Notes: generated from the sequence alone by a model not told the origin. A stretch of DNA of 64,000 nucleotides from Faecousia sp. (GCA_045658365.1 JAZOUU010000103.1:15206-79205); one strand, 5' to 3'. Positions 1-10,288 are shown, numbered from the stretch's first letter. A program made the numbers and translations.

Positions 1-373
1 CAGTGTGGTAACCTCTCTCTATCACAATATTGTTAAATATGCCACGGAACTGGGCGTTGGAGACAGCGATACCATTGCTGCATCCTACATCTTTACATCC
101 AACCTGAAAGAACTCTCCGGTGCAGTCCTGCATAAAACTGTTTTTGCTTTCCGTTTGGCTTATATTATCGAAATTCAAAATGCTCTGGGCATTAAGCTCC
201 CAATTATTTTGGATTCTCCCAGTGGCAAAGAGGTAGATCAAGCAAATATTCAATTAATGGTGGATATTCTCAAGCGCGACTTTGCAGATAACCAAATTAT
301 CATTGCATCTATTTTTACGTATGCATTCGACAGCGTGAATACCATTGAAATCAAAAAACGTTTGCTGGAGTAA
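1..373 (+). CDS. C-terminal part of an SMC/ABC-type ATPase (ABC-three-component/LmuB-like), truncated by window edge
   Basis: Degenerate signature LSGA, Walker B PIILDSP, terminal QIIIAS strand. Confidence 0.6.
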   Translation, partial: SVVTSLYHNIVKYATELGVGDSDTIAASYIFTSNLKELSGAVLHKTVFAFRLAYIIEIQNALGIKLPIILDSPSGKEVDQANIQLMVDILKRDFADNQIIIASIFTYAFDSVNTIEIKKRLLE

Positions 374-408
374 AGATTTCAGGCCTTGATTGAGATTTTA
401 AAAATATT

Positions 409-452
409 TAGCGGGGGAAACCACGAACTTTTGTGGTTTTTCCCGCTATTTT
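409..452 (+). terminator. Rho-independent terminator-like hairpin
   Basis: tagcgggggaaaccacgaa / tttgtggtttttcccgcta followed by T-run. Confidence 0.6.
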
Positions 453-566
453 TAGCTTTAGGAGAGGATGATCTTTGCAAAATTGTATTTAAGAAATGCC
501 CTTGTGCATTAACGTTATCTTACAATAACTATTTATTATTGCGAGATTAAATGGAGGCACACATCA

Positions 567-1283
567 TTGATCTTTCTATGTTTCTCTGTCAAAGACAGAA
601 TCCCACTAGTTAATGATTTTTATCATTTCCTCTCCAATTTTGGCTTAGATATATGGTATGATCGAAGAAATATTTATTTGGGTGATAACCGTCGAGAAAA
701 GAACATAAGTTACGGAGCAGAAAATCCTAATGTAGATTACGCAGTGGTTTTTTATTCTAACAATTTTAAAAGTGGTAATATCTGTTTGGATGAATTTGAT
801 ATATTAGTAGAACGTTATTATAAAGGTGAAGTTTTTCTTTTTCCTGTTTTCATCTCTGAAGTACCTCAAAAAATTGATCAGAAATTCCAACTCTGCAAAA
901 CACTTGTATATAAACACATTCATGATCAATCAGATTTTAATGCTTTGGCGTTACATATAATCGCAAAAATAACTTCTGATGAAATCTGTAATACAAAATT
1001 TAAAAGTATTTGCGATATAGAGTTAAGCTATGGTGATAAAACAAGCATATACTATAAATTAGTAACGGAGTATCAAAATATAAAGAAAACAAACTACAAC
1101 ATGAGGATTGCTTCATTGTATTCTTTATATCTAATTGTTTCGCACACACATAACTTAAACTTTTTCCACAACAAAACTATGAATTTTATTTATCACCAGA
1201 ATTGTTTAGACATACTAATAGATGAAAAAAGAGAACTGCAAATCATGGAGAACATAATATGCTACACCCTTTCTGTTTTATAA
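567..1283 (+). CDS. TIR-domain protein (TIR_2-like) with helical C-terminal extension; putative Thoeris sensor
   Basis: IFLCFS..D, GLDIWYD, YAVVFYSNNF.S..C.DE (catalytic Glu), LFPVF motifs. Confidence 0.8.
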   Translation: MIFLCFSVKDRIPLVNDFYHFLSNFGLDIWYDRRNIYLGDNRREKNISYGAENPNVDYAVVFYSNNFKSGNICLDEFDILVERYYKGEVFLFPVFISEVPQKIDQKFQLCKTLVYKHIHDQSDFNALALHIIAKITSDEICNTKFKSICDIELSYGDKTSIYYKLVTEYQNIKKTNYNMRIASLYSLYLIVSHTHNLNFFHNKTMNFIYHQNCLDILIDEKRELQIMENIICYTLSVL

Positions 1284-2641
1284 GACTTAATCAAATTTAC
1301 TACAAGGTGTACAATATGCTCGATATCGTTAGTATTACCCAACTCTTCAAAAATCTTTTGATTAGTCAGAAAAACATTACTACATCTAAATTCATTAGAA
1401 TTAAATATTTCCTGTGCAGCATATCCGGTTGATGGGATAGGTATAACTAAGGGGTACTTTTTTTCTTCCGAAGAATTTGCGAACATTAAAAACTGGCTAA
1501 TAACATTTTGGCTTGTAGTTAAAGATGCATCCTGCCCACACACAACTATCATTGTGTCACAATCCTTCATTATTAATCGATTCTTTACATCTTTATCTTC
1601 ATTAGTATCGTTTGTGAAAATCAAAGGGCGATTAACAAAGTGCTTCTCAGCATTATGCTTGTTTATTTGTGCAACAACAATTTCTCCCAGACCCCTACCG
1701 TTGCCGGAATATATATTGAAACTATTCTCTGTAAGTTTTTGGATAAGACAATCAATCAAATCCTCTACATATACACGCTCGTCATTATTTTGCAGATGCC
1801 TGAAGGAGCCAGATATGAGCACATTGTGGTTACAAAATCTTTCATAAAGCTTTTGTAAGTAGACATCTATCTCATTGAAATCTTCAATATATATTGTCTT
1901 AATATTATACTTGTCGTAATAGTATTGTGCTTCCAGTGCACTGAATTCTTCGGTGCACTTCTCGTTATCTTTCCTTTTTACAAACCGATAATGTATTTTC
2001 CCTTGATTAGGAAATACTTCCTTGATTTCTCGAAGTGCGTTTAAAACTAAATCGTCAGTAAAGCTATAGCCAATAAACAAGAAAGAATCCAAGACTAATT
2101 GCCGCTTAAGCATTTCAAAAATAAGTCTTTGTTTTTTAAAATAGTCAAAGAAATCACTTTTGGTTAGAACCATTGTATCTGGTTTGCTAACACAGCCATT
2201 TAGTTTATATACGACATAGCGCGAACCAAGATTTTCTGTGAACAGATCTGCGGATTCCTTGATAATTGTAGGAGCGAAACCAAACTTTCTTTGAATTGTA
2301 TTCTCAATAATTGAATCAAAATTCGTAGTCCATATTTGATTGATATTAAGATTTACGATATTGTTAATGTGTTGAGACTCCAAATCTGATACAGCAGAAA
2401 GATTGCTATAGATATCCCTGAAAAAAGACTCTGAGTTATAGTATCTTTTTTCTAGGTCTGCAAGGAAATACACATCTGAAGAATATTTCTTATAAAATCC
2501 TTTTGTTTTCTCCGTGAAAATATCTTGCCATTCTTGTTTTGTTGCATCGCAATCGGCGCCTGCTCCACAAAAAACAGAGAATGTTCCATTCAGCATTTCT
2601 TTAACTATCTCATCGATATATTCCATATTTTTCTCTGCCAT
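1262..2641 (-). CDS. thsA: SIR2 + SLOG/STALD protein, Thoeris ThsA-like
   Basis: VFCGAG, WTTNFD, VVYKLNG, FLFIGYSFTD (SIR2), then VLISGS, IYSGNGRGLG, NRP, VIPIPSTGYAA (SLOG), colinear with B. cereus ThsA as recalled. Confidence 0.8.
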   Translation of the reverse strand: MAEKNMEYIDEIVKEMLNGTFSVFCGAGADCDATKQEWQDIFTEKTKGFYKKYSSDVYFLADLEKRYYNSESFFRDIYSNLSAVSDLESQHINNIVNLNINQIWTTNFDSIIENTIQRKFGFAPTIIKESADLFTENLGSRYVVYKLNGCVSKPDTMVLTKSDFFDYFKKQRLIFEMLKRQLVLDSFLFIGYSFTDDLVLNALREIKEVFPNQGKIHYRFVKRKDNEKCTEEFSALEAQYYYDKYNIKTIYIEDFNEIDVYLQKLYERFCNHNVLISGSFRHLQNNDERVYVEDLIDCLIQKLTENSFNIYSGNGRGLGEIVVAQINKHNAEKHFVNRPLIFTNDTNEDKDVKNRLIMKDCDTMIVVCGQDASLTTSQNVISQFLMFANSSEEKKYPLVIPIPSTGYAAQEIFNSNEFRCSNVFLTNQKIFEELGNTNDIEHIVHLVVNLIKSYKTERV

Positions 2642-2751
2642 AAGACACGTTCCTTCTTACGATAATAAATAGTTATTGTAAGTTCTATTCGTGACCATTA
2701 TATCGTATTTTGGTAAAATATTCAATATCCTATCAGAATATGAGGTGCAAT

Positions 2752-3666
2752 ATGAAAGAGATAAATTTAGTAGTCGAAGAATTTTTGAGCGTTATTAAGT
2801 CCACAAAGAATTTAACCGATAAAACTATAGCAGCATACCGGTCTGACCTGATGGATTTCGCAAGTACGACAAGGCTGACTCCGTTGGAGGAGAACACAGT
2901 CCTGAACTATGTACATGAGCTATCGCAGGTCAGACACTTAAAGGACAGTTCCATAACAAGAAAACTGGTCGTTTTGAAGATGTTTTTTGAATATGCCCAT
3001 TCCCATAATTACATACAGCAAAATTACTTTTTTTCACACAGTTTTAAGTTTAAGAGAGAAAAGCAGTTGCCCAGAACCTTAGCGGTTAAAGAAACAACAA
3101 AACTCCTTAGCTGTGCAGCAACCAAAGCTTCAACCGCGATAACTACTTTTGAAAAATGGAAGGCTTTGCGAGACTTGGCGCTAGTCGATATTTTAATCAG
3201 CACCGGTATACGAATTGCTGAAGCTTCCAATATATCAACAGCCGATATAATACTGTCGGAGCGAACGATATTGATCCACGGCAAAGGTCGCAAGCAAAGA
3301 TTGATATACATCTCCTGCCCTCAGACCTGGGCAAATCTAATACAATGGCTGAAAATCAGGCAGCAGCTCTTTGCAAATACAGACAAAGTCTTTGTTAATC
3401 GGTATGGTAACCAACTTGGTATTCACGGCATTGAGTACATTTATAACAACCTCAAAAAGGAAGCCGGCATTAATGTAAGATCTACCCCTCACTATTTGCG
3501 ACATACCTTCGCAACAAATCTGTTGGCCAATGGCGCAGATCTGCGATCTGTTCAGGAGATTCTTGGACACAGCAGTGTTTCAACTACGGAGCGTTATACT
3601 GAGGTAACCACAAAGCGAAAAAAGCAGGTATTGGACAAGTATAATTATAGAAACAAGATGGGATAA
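2752..3666 (+). CDS. XerC/XerD-like tyrosine recombinase
   Basis: TGIRIAE, GKGRKQR, HYLRHTFAT, ILGH, TERYT; ATG at 2752 after GAGGTG. Confidence 0.92.
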   Translation: MKEINLVVEEFLSVIKSTKNLTDKTIAAYRSDLMDFASTTRLTPLEENTVLNYVHELSQVRHLKDSSITRKLVVLKMFFEYAHSHNYIQQNYFFSHSFKFKREKQLPRTLAVKETTKLLSCAATKASTAITTFEKWKALRDLALVDILISTGIRIAEASNISTADIILSERTILIHGKGRKQRLIYISCPQTWANLIQWLKIRQQLFANTDKVFVNRYGNQLGIHGIEYIYNNLKKEAGINVRSTPHYLRHTFATNLLANGADLRSVQEILGHSSVSTTERYTEVTTKRKKQVLDKYNYRNKMG

Positions 3667-3730
3667 GTGTTGTCACACAAAATAGTTGATATTTTTGGAT
3701 GTGTGTGGTAAAATGTAGTTGGTGATAGAG

Positions 3731-4027
3731 ATGCTTATTAATTCTGTTGTAAAAAACGAGGCGATTCGCAACGAACAGATGATTGCAGAGTATGAGAAAC
3801 GAATCGCAAAACTCCCAAAGGGCTCTTTGATTTGTCGCAAGAAAGAATACTATTATTTGAAGTACCGCAAAGATGGTAAAGTCTGCGACGAATATATCGG
3901 AAAAGATCCTGATGTGGTTTCTCAAGTCAAAGAGCAATTGGAACTGCGAAAACATTATGAAAAAATGCTCTTGGCACTGAGGCAAGAACAGAAGGCTATT
4001 ACGAAAATTATGGAGGGGTTAGCATGA
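3731..4027 (+). CDS. Small hypothetical protein (LPKGSL...YYYLKYR..GKV...YIGK family)
   Basis: ORF overlapping the start of the DUF3990 gene; motif common in clostridial mobile DNA. Confidence 0.7.
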   Translation: MLINSVVKNEAIRNEQMIAEYEKRIAKLPKGSLICRKKEYYYLKYRKDGKVCDEYIGKDPDVVSQVKEQLELRKHYEKMLLALRQEQKAITKIMEGLA

Positions 4028-4509
4028 TCTTATATCACGGAAGCATTGATCTCGTAGATAAGCCGGAAATCAGAAAAGGCGATGTCTATCTGGATTTTGG
4101 TGTGGGATTCTATACAACCACCTCCTATGAGCAAGCAGAGCGTTGGGCAAGGATCAAAATGCGGCGGCACAATGCTACAGTTGGGTATGTATCCATCTAT
4201 GAGTTTGATTTAGACACCGCATCGAAAGAGCTGTCCATTGATAAATTTGAAACTGCTGATGCAAAATGGTTAGAATTCGTGGTGAACAATCGCAAGGGTG
4301 TCCCTGACGGTGATATTAAAGATATGCATATCGGCCCGGTTGCTGACGACAATGTATATCAGTCCATCCGCTTGTTTGAAACAGGCGCTTACGATGCAGA
4401 ATACACTGTGAAGAAACTAAAAACCGAAGTGCTGCAGGATCAATGGACCTTGCACACAAACAAAGCCCTGTCCTACATGAAGTTCATTGAGGCAAAGGAA
4501 ATCAGATAA
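4024..4509 (+). CDS. DUF3990 family protein (ADP-ribosyltransferase-like fold)
   Basis: LYHGS, DFGxGFYTT, QAERWA, WLEFV..NR, GPVADD motifs. Confidence 0.85.
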   Translation: MILYHGSIDLVDKPEIRKGDVYLDFGVGFYTTTSYEQAERWARIKMRRHNATVGYVSIYEFDLDTASKELSIDKFETADAKWLEFVVNNRKGVPDGDIKDMHIGPVADDNVYQSIRLFETGAYDAEYTVKKLKTEVLQDQWTLHTNKALSYMKFIEAKEIR

Positions 4510-4520
4510 GGAGACGCGTT

Positions 4521-4757
4521 ATGAGTCAGGAACAATTTGTAGCAATGATGCCTTATATCAGTGCAGACCTAGTTGCAATGATCGCAGAAAAGCAGAACAT
4601 ATCCCACGAAGAAGCCATTAAGAAACTGTACGCATCCAAGCTCTATGCGACACTGGAAAAAGAAGAGACAAAAGTATGGCAATACAGCACGCAAATGCTC
4701 TATTCACTGTTTGAGCAAGAGGAACAGACAGGAACGATTCGCTTTCCTGATGTGTAA
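4521..4757 (+). CDS. DUF3791-like small protein
   Basis: LYASKLY..LEKEETKVW motif; RBS AAGGAG; adjacent to DUF3990. Confidence 0.7.
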   Translation: MSQEQFVAMMPYISADLVAMIAEKQNISHEEAIKKLYASKLYATLEKEETKVWQYSTQMLYSLFEQEEQTGTIRFPDV

Positions 4758-4769
4758 GGAGATGAGACT

Positions 4770-4985
4770 ATGAGCAAAGAAATGACCTTTACCGTGTTTT
4801 GTATGGAAAGCTATAAGCAGCATCGCAATCTAACCGGCAAAGCGGTTGCCAAGCTTTTCAGCGACTATGGTGTGTTTGATTATATCTATGAGTTCTACGA
4901 TGTGCTCCACACCACCGGACATAATTATATCAACAACGATATTGATATCTATCTGAAATCCCGCGGTGCTGTGATGCCTGCTTGA
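4770..4985 (+). CDS. DUF3791 family small protein
   Basis: FCMESYK...LF..YGV..YI...YDVLHT.G..YI..DI motif. Confidence 0.8.
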   Translation: MSKEMTFTVFCMESYKQHRNLTGKAVAKLFSDYGVFDYIYEFYDVLHTTGHNYINNDIDIYLKSRGAVMPA

Positions 4986-5022
4986 TTTCACGAGAAGAAA
5001 TATAGAAACGAGGCGTTTTTTA

Positions 5023-6018
5023 ATGAAAAGGGTACGCTATATTATTAGTCTGCTTGTTGTTATCTTGTTGTTCATCACGTTCCCCTTTTCTGTGCATGCA
5101 GAAGAAATACCCTCTACCGCTGACAATGAGACTGCTACAACAGAAATGGAAGAAACACAGCCAAAGGAAAGCTTGGTCGATGCTGACTATCAAACCCAAC
5201 TCGAAGAATCGTTGGCCTTGAATAAAGAACTGCTTAGCGTGTACGAAACCTGGACATCCATTATCAGTATCATTTTGATTCTTGTTACAATCTTTGGTGT
5301 CTCTGTTCCATTGTATTCGAATTTCAGGATCGACAAAAAGATAAACAACGCAACAAGAAAGATGCGAAAAGAGTATGAAAAGGTAATGGAGAAGAATATC
5401 TCAATAAACAATGCATTGATGCTCTCTGCGTCGAAAGAGTACTGGTCCTCCAATGAAATTCTTAATGATATTTTGAGAGAAGATAAAGAGAACGCCTATT
5501 TGCATTTGCTCATTGGCAGAAATTATTTCCTGCAATATGAAGGTGAAAACCAACCTCAGAATTTTGGTGAAGAAGATCTGAAAAATATCGAGGATGCAAT
5601 CAACCATTACTTGTTTGTTGCAAATCATTCTAAAACAGAGGATAGGTATTATGAGTTGGGCGTGATTTTTCCCAACAGCATTATCCATGAGCTTTGCATG
5701 CTTACGAACAAGCTCGTAGAACACTCGCTAAAAGGAAATTGTGCCAATTATCATAAACTCACTGTGGCCGTCCTAAAAGCAATAGAAAAGATTTTAGGAA
5801 TAAAGGACTTTGATGATATTGCCAACGACGAGCCTACCAATGTGCATATTATGAATTACATCAATTTGAACCACGCATTAGCAAAAAGCTATGCGTATTT
5901 TGACAACATAAAAGCTAAGGAGCAGTACTTATATACCTTGAAATTGTATTCTATCTCTACAGATTTGGATTATAAAACAGAAATAGACCATTGTACAAAA
6001 GCACTTACAGAGTTATAG
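5023..6018 (+). CDS. Hypothetical membrane protein (signal peptide, one TM helix, helical TPR-like C-terminus)
   Basis: 331-aa ORF with RBS GAGG, signal peptide ending VHA, hydrophobic segment near aa 78-97. Confidence 0.7.
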   Translation: MKRVRYIISLLVVILLFITFPFSVHAEEIPSTADNETATTEMEETQPKESLVDADYQTQLEESLALNKELLSVYETWTSIISIILILVTIFGVSVPLYSNFRIDKKINNATRKMRKEYEKVMEKNISINNALMLSASKEYWSSNEILNDILREDKENAYLHLLIGRNYFLQYEGENQPQNFGEEDLKNIEDAINHYLFVANHSKTEDRYYELGVIFPNSIIHELCMLTNKLVEHSLKGNCANYHKLTVAVLKAIEKILGIKDFDDIANDEPTNVHIMNYINLNHALAKSYAYFDNIKAKEQYLYTLKLYSISTDLDYKTEIDHCTKALTEL

Positions 6019-6101
6019 TATGCCTCCTGATCATAAGCAACGCCTTGGGGGCAAAACTTGATTTTATAGCTAAAAAATGGCCGTGGGCGATTTTTAATCG
6101 C

Positions 6102-6989
6102 TCACGGCTTTTGTGCGTATTCAAAACTAGCACAATCGTCTGTATGGTCTAACAAAAGCGCATTGCCCTGCCAAAAACGATACCGAACCCCGGCACACAA
6201 GCTTTCATGGATGGTGCGGCTCATATTGCCATCGGAAGGAGCCCGAAGGGGCTGAGGCTTTTGCTCCAGAAGATCTATTTCCAGTCGGTATTTCCCCTGA
6301 CGCAAAGAAGCTCCCTTAGACGACCAATTAGATATTTTTACACCCCGGTAGGTTGCTATGCGGTACTCCTTGCCATCCAACACAATTGCACAAATGCACC
6401 CGGTAAAGTGAAGCCTGCCCAGAGGAATGGCTGCAATTGACAGCATCAGGCTGCAATTATCCCATAGGCACTGCGTCCAGAGATAGGTTGTCGGAAAGGA
6501 TCTGCCGCGGTCCGCTTCAATGTAACCGATTCCTCTGTTAAAATCCAAAACATCATTATTTATCTCCAACTGACCTCGCAACGTATGCCGCATACTGAGT
6601 ACACTGTGCGCACATTCCATATTGGCAAACCATTGAAATGGTCCCATAATATCTGACTTTAGCATTTGGAACGGACCAAATTCTACCCCGCCATGCAGTG
6701 AGAGATCCTCCTGTTCCACATTCAAATGCAGCCCAGCATCCGAAAAACGGTTTTCCCCAATTGCAATGTGCAGGGAATCCTGGGATGCTGCAAATGCCGA
6801 GGCAGGATAATCCAGATACCATGCCTGCTTATCCGTAACAACCTGTATAGACGCGCTCTGTTGTCCGTTCTCACCGATGTGAAAAGCTGGGATCAATGCA
6901 AGAGATTGTCCATCCTGTTTTTGGCATTTGAAATACCAGCCCTCGAAATATGGACCGGATTTATTTGCTCCGTGGAAATACTTTTTCAT
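6102..6989 (-). CDS. Tocopherol cyclase family protein
   Basis: YFEGWYFK, DIMGPF, MECAH.V.SM.H, GYIE.D.G.SFP..Y.W.QC motifs. Confidence 0.85.
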   Translation of the reverse strand: MKKYFHGANKSGPYFEGWYFKCQKQDGQSLALIPAFHIGENGQQSASIQVVTDKQAWYLDYPASAFAASQDSLHIAIGENRFSDAGLHLNVEQEDLSLHGGVEFGPFQMLKSDIMGPFQWFANMECAHSVLSMRHTLRGQLEINNDVLDFNRGIGYIEADRGRSFPTTYLWTQCLWDNCSLMLSIAAIPLGRLHFTGCICAIVLDGKEYRIATYRGVKISNWSSKGASLRQGKYRLEIDLLEQKPQPLRAPSDGNMSRTIHESLCAGVRYRFWQGNALLLDHTDDCASFEYAQKP

Positions 6990-7119
6990 AATAATCACCA
7001 TGGAGAGTATTCCCATTAACACAATTGCCAAACCAAAGCAGCAGTCCCTTTGAGTGTCATTTCTGTTGTGTCCTCAGGAATATACTTGTACACATCAAGT
7101 AGTGGCGGAGGGAACGCGG

Positions 7120-7653
7120 ATGAAACAATCTATTTCCTATTGGCAGGTGGCAGGCTTCCTGTTCACATCCATGCTGGGGACCTTTCTTCATTTTTTATTT
7201 GATTTAAGCGGTCAGAGTGTGATTGCTGCAATCTTTTCCGCAGTAAACGAATCCATTTGGGAGCATATGAAACTGATCTATTATCCTATGTTTCTGTTTG
7301 CGTTGATCGAATATCGATTTTGGGGGAAAGAGCACAAATCGTTCTGGTGCATAAAGCTGATAGGGATTTTGCTTGGATTAACCCTCATTCCTGTGCTTTA
7401 TTATACCTATACCGGTATCTTTGGTGTATCGGTAGATTGGCTAAATATCACCATCTTTTTCCTCTCGGCTGGTGTTGCATTTTGGGTGGAAAACAAACTG
7501 TTTCAAAAAGAAAACGGCGGCTGTCTGTCTTCTCGAACATCTTTTTCCCTGATCTGTATGATCGGCGTTGTTTTCATCATTTTAACATTCTTCTCCCCAG
7601 AAATCCCCTTCTTCAAGGATCCTGTGTCGGGGAGCTATGGCTTTCAGAAATGA
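7120..7653 (+). CDS. DUF6512-like membrane protein
   Basis: GTFLHFLF, VNESIWEHMKL, YYTYTG motifs; RBS GGAGGG. Confidence 0.75.
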   Translation: MKQSISYWQVAGFLFTSMLGTFLHFLFDLSGQSVIAAIFSAVNESIWEHMKLIYYPMFLFALIEYRFWGKEHKSFWCIKLIGILLGLTLIPVLYYTYTGIFGVSVDWLNITIFFLSAGVAFWVENKLFQKENGGCLSSRTSFSLICMIGVVFIILTFFSPEIPFFKDPVSGSYGFQK

Positions 7654-7690
7654 TGGAGAAAACAGTATACTTGGTGCAAATATACAAAAT

Positions 7691-7726
7691 GCAAGCCTGG
7701 AACGATGCTAGTCGTTCCAGGCTTGC
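7691..7726. terminator. Inverted repeat, terminator-like
   Basis: gcaagcctggaacga / tcgttccaggcttgc 15-bp arms. Confidence 0.6.
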
Positions 7727-8350
7727 TGTCTATACTCGGTTTTTACCAATTCGGCTCTATGTGGGAAAAGGATTTTGTTAAGCTTTTTCGTTTATTCGTC
7801 TGCCAATATAAAGCATCACTGTTTCTGTTAGTGTAGCAACTCTCAAACCTACATACAGAGAGGATACTCTCAGAGGCATTATCATTTGGATTTTTTGTGG
7901 AACCATCTTCCAGTCTATGCTGCCGATTTGCAAGGCGGAATAAAATGGACCTCCATCCAGGGCTTTCCCCAGGAACATCAGTGCAACAAAAGCAAAAAAG
8001 CACCTATAATTGCATCTTTTAAATTCCCCTTCCACCGGGCAATAATTTCTACATTCTGGCACAGGATAAAAACATTTAAAGCTTTTCTGACTAGGGGCAG
8101 AAGTACAAGTGTGCCGATGGTTGCATTAATTTGGTTATTGAAGAATTCGCTGTAGCTTTGCATAGGGCAACTCCACAACTCGGGGTGCTGTAGCAGACCG
8201 CTGTAAGCCAGGTCAAAAACCTCATTAGTGATTAGCAACCCCAGTGAAAACAATACAACGTCAGTATTTTGTAGATATGTAGTGGTAGCCATTATAACAG
8301 CCTTCGATATATCGTGCTATTATACCAGTTATTTTCTTTTACCGGACTTT

Positions 8351-8370
8351 TGTTGGTCAAAAGTTGGTCA
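8351..8370 (+). repeat. 20-bp direct repeat (copy 1), integrase arm-site-like
   Basis: tgttggtcaaaagttggtca identical to 32100-32119; internal tandem GTTGGTCA. Confidence 0.75.
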
Positions 8371-8641
8371 CAATATTGTCACCTTTGTGCCCAGGATTTC
8401 GTGGTGGATTTGTTGAATATTTGATATATAACATAATCGCACATTTTTCCAGATGTTTCCTACATTGTTTATAATTTGTAGTAGGATAAATATTCAGAAG
8501 TTATCAACAAATAGAGTTTGCTCACATGTCCTAACACAAATATTTTAATGCAAATGGATGTTAAATGTCAAGAATATTCTCAAATCAATCAACACTGTGA
8601 AATAAGTGAGTGCATATTTTGTAATATATTTTACTTTACGA

Positions 8642-8675
8642 TGTCCAATTGGTATCGCATATATCGTTACTATAG
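8642..8675 (+). promoter_or_regulatory. Putative ECF-sigma promoter (copy 1)
   Basis: TGTCCAA-N16-CGTTACTATAG; same spacing at 12312, 17031 and 18048. Confidence 0.75.
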
Positions 8676-8772
8676 TTGAATGGGGAAGGAGGTTAATATT
8701 TTAGTACACGTAAATGATTCTTAGATTATCTATTCTATAAGAATCAAACAGAATGAAAGGAAGAATATACTT

Positions 8773-9186
8773 ATGAAAAGACTGTTTGCAACCATGTTGA
8801 TTTTAGTTCTTCTGGTTTCCGCTCTCGCTGTTGGCGCATCGGCAGCATGGATTACAGAAACCATTCGGGTTGATTTCACGCAGCCATACACTAACACGGT
8901 GGAAAACGGCGTTTTGACCCTGCGTTATAACCCGGAAAATATTTGGTTTTGGGTTCGTGCGTCTACTGATATAAGCGTATCTGCTGATATGACCGGATTT
9001 GCATATGTCAAGATCTGGGCACTGAATAATGAGACCAGCGTCTCTACCAACACCACTCGCTCTAACGGAATTATTAATTCCGGAAAAGCAGAGGTAGACG
9101 GCCAAACATATGCAAAAGAGGTCAACCATTTTGGTCGCAGAGCGTTAAATGGCCAAAGCACCGGTTGGGATTATTACTGTGAATAA
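8773..9186 (+). CDS. Small secreted protein (Sec signal), head of ABC-transporter operon
   Basis: Signal peptide ending ASA; beta-rich mature part; layout resembles lactococcin-972-type operons. Confidence 0.75.
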   Translation: MKRLFATMLILVLLVSALAVGASAAWITETIRVDFTQPYTNTVENGVLTLRYNPENIWFWVRASTDISVSADMTGFAYVKIWALNNETSVSTNTTRSNGIINSGKAEVDGQTYAKEVNHFGRRALNGQSTGWDYYCE

Positions 9187-9248
9187 ATTCTGACAGCGCC
9201 CGCTGTCTCATGGCAGCGGGGCCATTTTGGCATTGTGAGGTGAAGAAA

Positions 9249-10283
9249 ATGAAAACGTTATTTTTGATAGCAAATCGCTTACGGCAATACACGAATAAAA
9301 ATCGAATAATATTTTGCTTATTTATTTTAGGTGGAATTCTTAACGCAATAGTATTTGCCTATACATATGGTAACTTATTGCCGGCAATCGCGAACCGAAA
9401 TTCGGAGGAATTTTATTATCGACAGTATTTTGTTTATTTAGATAATAATCCAATAGACTTATGGCCTAACAATGCAATCAATTCGATTACCCAATCTGAT
9501 TTCGTAGAATCAGTATCCGTGGCATCTGAAATTGATAGAACCACTACAGTTGTAGCCTCTGTAAATGGCCCCATAAACATAGTTTATGTAGAAGGCAATG
9601 TGGATGAAATATGCGCCGGACAGGCTGTTGTTCCGTTTGATAATGCTGTTAATAAAGACAAGATCAACCTGTGTGGGAGGGAGTATACAATTGTTGGGCG
9701 GCATACAGGAATGGAATATTATATTTCATTGGAAGATTACCAAGATACTAAACTGATAACAAACCAGATTATCGTCACAGCGAAAAATAGACAAAGCAAA
9801 GCAAACGATCAGATCCTTTCTATACTTAATGGGCAATTTGAAAATGAATACATCAAAACTCCGTACATTTACGAAAGTGCTGATCAAAGGGGATCTTCAA
9901 CCGAATTGTTTATGATTTGCTGCGTATTTGCTGTTGTTATGATTTCGTTTATGTTTTTGTTAAGATATCTAATTGATCAAAATGCAGATGAAAACATAAC
10001 AAGCATAATTGTTGGCGCTCCCAAAAGTGCAATTCTTACGTTGGTTTATTGGGAGGGACTCACTCTTTCAGCTGCATCGTATGTAATAGGCTTAATAATT
10101 CATCGCGCAACTTGGGATCTGTTATTTAGCAAAATTAATGTCTCTGACAATATCGAATATCATTTGAGTGATTATTTGACAATGTTTCTTCTGATGTTTG
10201 TAGTCACTGTAATCGTGTTAACACCGTTCTTGAAGAAGTATTCAAAAATGACTCCTATTGAAGTAAAACGGCGTCACATGTAG
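9249..10283 (+). CDS. FtsX/MacB-type ABC transporter permease
   Basis: N-terminal TM, extracellular loop, three C-terminal TMs; upstream of LolD-type ATPase. Confidence 0.75.
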   Translation: MKTLFLIANRLRQYTNKNRIIFCLFILGGILNAIVFAYTYGNLLPAIANRNSEEFYYRQYFVYLDNNPIDLWPNNAINSITQSDFVESVSVASEIDRTTTVVASVNGPINIVYVEGNVDEICAGQAVVPFDNAVNKDKINLCGREYTIVGRHTGMEYYISLEDYQDTKLITNQIIVTAKNRQSKANDQILSILNGQFENEYIKTPYIYESADQRGSSTELFMICCVFAVVMISFMFLLRYLIDQNADENITSIIVGAPKSAILTLVYWEGLTLSAASYVIGLIIHRATWDLLFSKINVSDNIEYHLSDYLTMFLLMFVVTVIVLTPFLKKYSKMTPIEVKRRHM

Positions 10284-10288
10284 GAGGT

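Noticed and set aside
7743-8416. Several short overlapping ORFs (possible membrane-protein pseudogene)
   Set aside because: No recognisable motif or convincing RBS; a frame could not be chosen
7000-8500. Search for a duplicated guaA 3' end (att core) near the left arm-like repeat
   Set aside because: Only a short partial match (attccca near 7009); compatible with chance
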